Origin: Leptospiraceae bacterium
GTDB taxonomy: Bacteria > Spirochaetota > Leptospiria > Leptospirales > Leptonemataceae
Direction: 5' to 3'
Assembly: GCA_040217195.1 (NCBI GenBank)
Contig: JAVJNR010000005.1
Location: 64,001 to 128,000 of the forward strand
DNA length: 64,000 nt
The notes under the pieces were generated by a model. It was given only the letters and a program-made list of their open reading frames with translations, ran no database searches and was not told the DNA's origin. Positions 58,249 through 64,000 of this stretch are shown here, piece after piece; the first letter of the stretch is position 1; every line of letters starts with the position of its first letter. Both the position numbers and the translations under genes were made by a program.

Positions 58249-59367
58249 CTATTCTCCGAGCACTGAGCGGTACACTTTGATATTTTGAAGTGCTGTATTT
58301 CGGAAGTCGAAATCCTTCACCCTCTTTCGATTATAACTTCCGTATCTCTTACGAATTCCGGGTTTGCTCATGATGTAGAACAAATTCTCCGCCAGCATAC
58401 GAGGGCCCTGTGTTGGAGATAACAGGCCACCTTTCTTCTGGTCCACCATTTCAGGTATTCCTCCACCTGAGGTAGCAACCACCGGTAGACCGGCAGCCAT
58501 GGCATCGAGCACAGCCGTGCCCAGTCCCTCTTCTTTAGAGCTCATCACAAAAACATCGAATAGATTTAGAAATGCGGGAATGTCTTTCCGAAATCCTGTA
58601 AAAATAACACGATTCTCTAAGTGCAGCTCTTCGCAAAGTGCTCGCAGAAAACCTTCCAGTGACCCGGCTCCTACTATAAACAATTTCCAGTGCTTTTCTG
58701 GTCCATCGGAGCGATCCGTCAATTCTTCCAGTATTCCCACAGCCTCCAGCAAAGTGCGATGGTCCTTATGATCCACCAGGGCAGCTATGTTTCCCAGAAT
58801 CATGTAACCTTCGCATTGAAACTCCTTCCTGAGATAAGTGGCATCCGGAAGCTTTTTGAATCTTAATGAGTCAATTCCAGAATAAGCCACAGAAATCCGA
58901 TCCGTCTGGATCCCATCTTGAACCAGGATTCGCTTAACGTTATCTGAAATCGCAATATATCGATCTACAAAGGGACTCTTATACTTTTTTCGACTGAGAA
59001 AGTTCGGTCTTGCCGGAAAATCCACGCGACGAGTGACGATAAGTCGAAGTTTGTCCTGATTTCGCCTGGCAAGTAGACCAATGCTATGCGCTTTTGCAGT
59101 ATGGGCATGCAAAAGCCCGTATCCCTTTTCCAGGGCAATGCGCCGAATCCTGGAAGAAGCCAGAAAGTCCAGCTCCCCCAGAATCGACACTTCTTCTACT
59201 TGAATTCCTGCCTGCCGGGCTCTGGCCGCAAGCTCAGACCCTGGAGGCGCAACAATGCATTGCTGGATGCCCTCCTCTGCAAGAGCGATGGCGAGGTAAA
59301 GAACCTGCTGCTCTCCACCACGCCAGCTTTTAGCAGTGGTAATGTGAAGGACACCCGTAGATATCAA
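58249..59367 (-). CDS. Glycosyltransferase family 4
   Basis: WRGGEQQ, TRRVDF, SSKEEGLGTAVLDAMAAGLPVV. Confidence 0.92.
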   Translation of the reverse strand: MISTGVLHITTAKSWRGGEQQVLYLAIALAEEGIQQCIVAPPGSELAARARQAGIQVEEVSILGELDFLASSRIRRIALEKGYGLLHAHTAKAHSIGLLARRNQDKLRLIVTRRVDFPARPNFLSRKKYKSPFVDRYIAISDNVKRILVQDGIQTDRISVAYSGIDSLRFKKLPDATYLRKEFQCEGYMILGNIAALVDHKDHRTLLEAVGILEELTDRSDGPEKHWKLFIVGAGSLEGFLRALCEELHLENRVIFTGFRKDIPAFLNLFDVFVMSSKEEGLGTAVLDAMAAGLPVVATSGGGIPEMVDQKKGGLLSPTQGPRMLAENLFYIMSKPGIRKRYGSYNRKRVKDFDFRNTALQNIKVYRSVLGE

Positions 59368-60359
59368 GACAGGATTTCTCCGAATTTAGAGGAATAATCT
59401 TTATCCAGTCTGGCTCCGTGGATTTGCACCACTTCAGAGGCCATGAAGTTGCCCCATCGCCCAGCTTCCTGAGGAGACTTTCCCTTGCTCAGTGCGAAAA
59501 GTGCACCGGCTGCAAATGCATCCCCTGCACCGTTTGTATCAATGGCCTTCACCTCGAAACCAGGAACATCGAATACCTCTTTGTTGTGCGCCACAAGAGC
59601 ACCTTTCTTTCCGTTGGTAATGAAGCCTGTTTCAACAATGTTTCCAATGTATTTCGCCGATTCTTCCAGGGATTCAATCTCAGTAAATCCACGGGCTTCT
59701 TCATCGTTCATAAAGACCACATCACAGTAGTCCCGAACCAGTGAATGAAGATCTTCCTTGTATCTTCCTACAAGGAACGGATCCGAAAATGTAAATGTAG
59801 GAATGGCACCGTTTTTGCGAGCCTCTTCCAGCGCTTTGTAGCAGGCCTTACGCGGACCTTCGCCATCGAATAGGTAACCTTCCACGTATACATACCTGGA
59901 TTTAGCAATTCGCTCCGGATCAATATCGCTCTCGGACAGTTGAACCGAAACTCCCAGATGAGTGTACATGGTACGCTCTGCATCCGGTGTTGTCATTACA
60001 ACGCAGGTTCCGGTAGGACCTTCCTTTTCTTCAATCGGATGGACATCAAAGTGGATTCCTGCATCCAGCAAGTCCTTGCGATAGAATTCACCGTTTGGAT
60101 CTCTTGCAACCTTTCCAGTATAAAAGCCACTGCCCCCACTTCGGGCAATCCCAATCATTGTATTTGCGGCCGAGCCGCCGCTACGGAGTTCCAGGCTTTT
60201 ATGGGATAAAGCTGAGAGAAGTTGAGCCTGAACACCGGAATCGGAAAGGGTCATTCCACCTTTCTGTAAATCGTTTTCACGAATAAAGTCATCGTCCACA
60301 AATGCAAGCGTGTCCACGATTGCATTGCCAACGCCATATACGTCTGTTGTTTTTTCCAT
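59364..60359 (-). CDS. Adenosine kinase-like PfkB sugar kinase
   Basis: GNAIVD, SGGSAANT, DAERTM.T.LG, DTNGAGDAFAAG; ATG 60359. Confidence 0.92.
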   Translation of the reverse strand: MEKTTDVYGVGNAIVDTLAFVDDDFIRENDLQKGGMTLSDSGVQAQLLSALSHKSLELRSGGSAANTMIGIARSGGSGFYTGKVARDPNGEFYRKDLLDAGIHFDVHPIEEKEGPTGTCVVMTTPDAERTMYTHLGVSVQLSESDIDPERIAKSRYVYVEGYLFDGEGPRKACYKALEEARKNGAIPTFTFSDPFLVGRYKEDLHSLVRDYCDVVFMNDEEARGFTEIESLEESAKYIGNIVETGFITNGKKGALVAHNKEVFDVPGFEVKAIDTNGAGDAFAAGALFALSKGKSPQEAGRWGNFMASEVVQIHGARLDKDYSSKFGEILS

Positions 60360-60632
60360 TCGAGATAGTTTTTGGACCCTGGCCCACAAATCAAGGACAA
60401 TAGACGGCTGAGAATGACCGGACTGAGCCCATCAGATCTTTCCAGAGCTATCCAAACGCTAACCGTCCAAACCCTTGATGAGAGCCTCAACAAGGCAGGT
60501 TTCCGGTCCTGGCCAGTCCTATTCCTGACAAATCCTGGATTGAGCCAGGATTATGGATCTTTCCAGGATTAGTACAACCTGTCCTGGAATAACTGCTGAC
60601 ACTGAGTTCCTGAAAGACACATAAGGTCAGGT

Positions 60633-62753
60633 ATGAGCCTCACATTGTGGCAAAGAAGATTGATCCTGTTTTTCAGTTCTGTATTTGGACTTCTATTACT
60701 GCGCTTCTTCTTTCTGGTCTACAATGCTCCCAGCCCGGCGCCGCCGGCAGCAGATATTTTTCTGGCATTTCTAAGAGGTCTTAGATTTGACCTGGCCACT
60801 GTGCCACTAATCCTTCTACCTGGATTTTTGATCGCAATCTTTGGATTGATTCTAGCCTGGATAGTACCATCAAAGTCCAGAAGCTTCCGTTCCAGTATCC
60901 TGGATTGGACTTTTAGAATTGAGCTTGGCTTTCATTTAGTTTATGGTGCCTTCCTTGTAGGATTGGGTCTTTCCAGCGCCTATAACTATAGATTCAATGG
61001 TCGCCATCTGGGATGGGAGTTCAGCGCTTATATGAGCGATCTGCCAATGCTTGCGCGGTCATCTCTGGATCAATCCCTGTTCTTTTCATTATTTCTCATC
61101 CTTCTAGTAGTTGTATTCTTAATCCTTGCTTTCTGGCTGCCGGCCAGGATCAAAGCCCGAAAAGATCTATCGGTAGGCCGGGAACTCTTTCATCTATTCA
61201 TCTGGCTTCTCATATTCTTGATACTGGGTCGCGGAGGATTTCAAACCAGCCCCATTCGCACCGCAGATGCATTACAGACCGGAAATGCCTACCTGGATCA
61301 GTTATCTCTAAACGGACTTTTCACTGTTTCCAGAGACTTAAGCGATCGAGATCAATTCAGGCCGGTCGTAGAAAGGGATGTGGCAGTATCTGTGGTCCGC
61401 AGCCTGCTGGATGAACGGGATGCTTTTTTGAGCTCGGATTATCCTCTACTACGTTTCATGCAGCCAAGGGAAATCGGCAGGCCTGACTTCTCCACAATTC
61501 CCGTTCAGTCAGCAAGGCCGGATACGAATCGATTACCCGATGCCAATACCAGTCCGGGAGAGGAAAATCCGCCTAACATCGTTTTATTGATTCTTGAATC
61601 AGGTTCTGCATCCTTGCTTTCGCGAAATGGCGGGGATCCTGGCATTCTACCTTTCTTGAATGATCTTGTAAATCGGTCCGTGTACTTCGATCGTTTCTAT
61701 GCCAGTGGAGGTCGTAGTGCTAACGGAATATTCTCTATGTTCGCAGGACTACCGGATCGTGCAGGCAGAACCATTTTGCGCTCTTCTCAAATTCAGAATC
61801 GTTTTGGAGGACTGGCCAGGCTACTAAAGGGCAATGGATATCGAACTTCCTTTTACCATGGTGGGGATGCAGCGTTCGATAACCTGGATCGTGTTTTGCC
61901 AGAACTTGGCTTTGATGTGGTCTACGGGCAGGATTCACTGTCCAGAGTGATTGAGGAAAAACCAACATCCACCATTGGCTTCGATGATCAACAGGTACTG
62001 AAAGCATTCGAACAGCATCTAAGGGATCAAAGTGAAAAGAATGGTCCCTTTTTTGCCGCCTATTTTTCCCAGAGCACCCATCATCCTTTTTCTATTCCCG
62101 CCGACTTTGAAACGATGCTTAGCAAACAGGCAGATACAGCTCAATTAAATGGTTTTTTTGCAGCAGCGCATTTCATGGATCAATCCTTGAAAAGGTTTTT
62201 CGAAGAATTGGAAGCCAGTTCCTTTTTCAACAATACTGTTTTTATCATTGTGGCCGATCATTCCCATCATGCAGGTCTCAATTATCTGCAAGATAGGCAC
62301 ATTCCTCTGTTTATTTACGCGCCGGGCTACTGGAAGCCACAGATAAGAAAGGATATTGCATCCCAGTTGGACCTGCTTCCGACAATCCTGGCTATTTCCG
62401 GAGGAAATCAAATCTACGCTTCCATGGGCCGAGACTTGAGTCGTAGTTTTAAGGGCAACAATGGAAAGCCATTTGCCTTCTTTGCAGGGGGTAGCGACAC
62501 AGACATTATTGGGTGGGTGGAATCGGATAGAATCTTGTTTAAACACTTCTTCATAGAACAGGGTGTATTACTTCCCACAATTGCGCCGTTGAATACGGAA
62601 AACCTTGCTAATATAGAAAGCAAATTGTACGAGGATTACTTGAAGAAAGCTCAGATATTTTATCAGTTGGCAAGAACACTGGAAAAAGAAAATTCTATCT
62701 GGCCGGACTCAGTTCAGCTTGAAAATATATATAGATCTGTAAAGACGAGATAA
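60633..62753 (+). CDS. LTA synthase/sulfatase-like membrane protein
   Basis: Five TM helices (GLRFDL, RGG), NIVLLILES, STHHPF, IVADH, SQLDLLPT. Confidence 0.9.
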   Translation: MSLTLWQRRLILFFSSVFGLLLLRFFFLVYNAPSPAPPAADIFLAFLRGLRFDLATVPLILLPGFLIAIFGLILAWIVPSKSRSFRSSILDWTFRIELGFHLVYGAFLVGLGLSSAYNYRFNGRHLGWEFSAYMSDLPMLARSSLDQSLFFSLFLILLVVVFLILAFWLPARIKARKDLSVGRELFHLFIWLLIFLILGRGGFQTSPIRTADALQTGNAYLDQLSLNGLFTVSRDLSDRDQFRPVVERDVAVSVVRSLLDERDAFLSSDYPLLRFMQPREIGRPDFSTIPVQSARPDTNRLPDANTSPGEENPPNIVLLILESGSASLLSRNGGDPGILPFLNDLVNRSVYFDRFYASGGRSANGIFSMFAGLPDRAGRTILRSSQIQNRFGGLARLLKGNGYRTSFYHGGDAAFDNLDRVLPELGFDVVYGQDSLSRVIEEKPTSTIGFDDQQVLKAFEQHLRDQSEKNGPFFAAYFSQSTHHPFSIPADFETMLSKQADTAQLNGFFAAAHFMDQSLKRFFEELEASSFFNNTVFIIVADHSHHAGLNYLQDRHIPLFIYAPGYWKPQIRKDIASQLDLLPTILAISGGNQIYASMGRDLSRSFKGNNGKPFAFFAGGSDTDIIGWVESDRILFKHFFIEQGVLLPTIAPLNTENLANIESKLYEDYLKKAQIFYQLARTLEKENSIWPDSVQLENIYRSVKTR

Positions 62754-62892
62754 TGAGATGCAGTGCTGGCAAATTTCTCTGCATCGGAATGGGCTCCAAT
62801 GGAAAGCTTGGAACCAGACCTGGACCTTCAGGAAGCGTCAGAAAGAAATGTTATCTGAAAGGACCTAATATAGTATGCCACAAGGGGACTCC

Positions 62893-64000
62893 ATGAAGTA
62901 TCAGCTTCTGGCTCAATACAGGGCCTACAAAGAGGGAAAAGATAAACAGACTGAAGAACACCTGTCCGGACTCATATATAGACAAATTCTGTTCTGGCTG
63001 GAAAACGGAGCTCCAGATGAAAACTTTTACCTGGAACTGATAGAACTGGCCAGTGAAATAGACGACCCTTTCTTCACAGGGGAGCGAGGTCTTCTGGATC
63101 TCTGCTTGCTGGAGCTTACCGAAGCTCTACATTCCTACAGGGATCTGAATGGAAATCAGGATGTCACCGAATTCTATCTGAAAGAAGCCAAACTACCCCT
63201 GCTGGCAAGACTGGATGAATCATCCTACAGACTGCAGAAGAATCTGGAATTTAACGAAGTCGATTTTCCAATCTTTGAAATCATCGAAGGCAGTTTCCCT
63301 CATGAAACCGCCCAGAACTTCATCCGCGAAAAGGAATGGGTAGATATCTGGCTGGCTCTACGCTATCTGGACAGCCTGGAGGATGAAGGTCAGGTGCTTA
63401 ATATCCTGGAAAGGATGATGGAAATCCGAAAGCCACTGCCAGAATCATTGATACTTCTGGCCTACTTGATGATGACCAGACCTGAAGTAATGGATCAGTA
63501 TCTCCGAGGAGAAGATGCTGGAATTACAATTACCGATCGTCTCCATCCAGATCTAATTCAAAATGCCTACGATTGCAGCTATGACTTTGTCTGGAACGGC
63601 GAACTTGCTCTTAGCTACATAGAATCCATTGATGCAGACTGGAAAAATGAGGTTTTATTCTGCCTGCTTTCCATGTTTGAGATTAGTCAATGTCAGCTCT
63701 CTCCTGCCTGGGTTCAGGCCATTGAAGAGTCCGTTCGAAACCCCTGGCCCTACGATGAACGTCTGGAAAGCGGTGTGTTCAGGCATCAGCCTCTGGTTGA
63801 ATTCAGCGCAAGTATCATGGCATTGCTTTCCGAAGAAGAGCTGTTTGATGTTCTGGAAACCAGCCGAATCCTGATCTACTTCTTCGAAAACCTGGGCACG
63901 TATACCGGTCAGGCCTTTGAGGATATGCTGGAAGCTCTTTGTCGTGTAGAAGGCTTATTTCTCCAGGAGCTCGAATTTCAGCTGGAGCAGTTGATGAATT
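62893..64000 (+). CDS. Acidic alpha-helical hypothetical protein (partial, runs off window)
   Basis: AAGGGG RBS, ATG 62893, MKYQLLAQYRAYKEGKDKQTEEHLSGLIYRQILFWLENG..., apparently open to the window end; missing from the ORF track. Confidence 0.8.
   Translation, partial: MKYQLLAQYRAYKEGKDKQTEEHLSGLIYRQILFWLENGAPDENFYLELIELASEIDDPFFTGERGLLDLCLLELTEALHSYRDLNGNQDVTEFYLKEAKLPLLARLDESSYRLQKNLEFNEVDFPIFEIIEGSFPHETAQNFIREKEWVDIWLALRYLDSLEDEGQVLNILERMMEIRKPLPESLILLAYLMMTRPEVMDQYLRGEDAGITITDRLHPDLIQNAYDCSYDFVWNGELALSYIESIDADWKNEVLFCLLSMFEISQCQLSPAWVQAIEESVRNPWPYDERLESGVFRHQPLVEFSASIMALLSEEELFDVLETSRILIYFFENLGTYTGQAFEDMLEALCRVEGLFLQELEFQLEQLMN

Overview
Chromosomal window (roughly 50% GC) whose gene content and protein style suggest a spirochete of the Leptospiraceae; this is inferred from sequence resemblance, not a search. 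From left to right it holds: a motility block (partial cheR, a DUF2802/DUF6115-like membrane protein, a small conserved ORF, fapA/DUF342, and an HATPase-like gene broken by a 7-bp tandem duplication); thrC; a four-gene operon (acidic disordered protein, GAF-GAF-degenerate GGDEF protein, lipoprotein, membrane protein); two tandem REC-PAS paralogues, one internally deleted and one a probable pseudokinase; a complete F1Fo ATP synthase operon; lepB; a mixed accessory stretch (LCCL lipoprotein, PAS-GGDEF-EAL protein, DUF2461, TfoX, VOC, stand-alone condensation-domain acyltransferase, doubled beta-helix repeat protein, class III cyclase, HPF, AraC, lipoproteins); an sco-coxBACD A2-type caa3 oxidase operon; then TrxB-like, YyaL, MCP, GT4, PfkB kinase, LTA-synthase-like genes and a partial ORF. 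I saw no rRNA, tRNA, CRISPR array, transposase or prophage. The most interesting signal is the 6.9-12.8 kb operon. One disordered protein carries four FliM-N-terminus-like 'LSxxELxxIL' motifs and its neighbour carries six 'GLLxRA' motifs, under overlapping sigma70 and sigma28-like promoters. This could be a multivalent polar scaffold or CheY-binding system, which is a hypothesis only.
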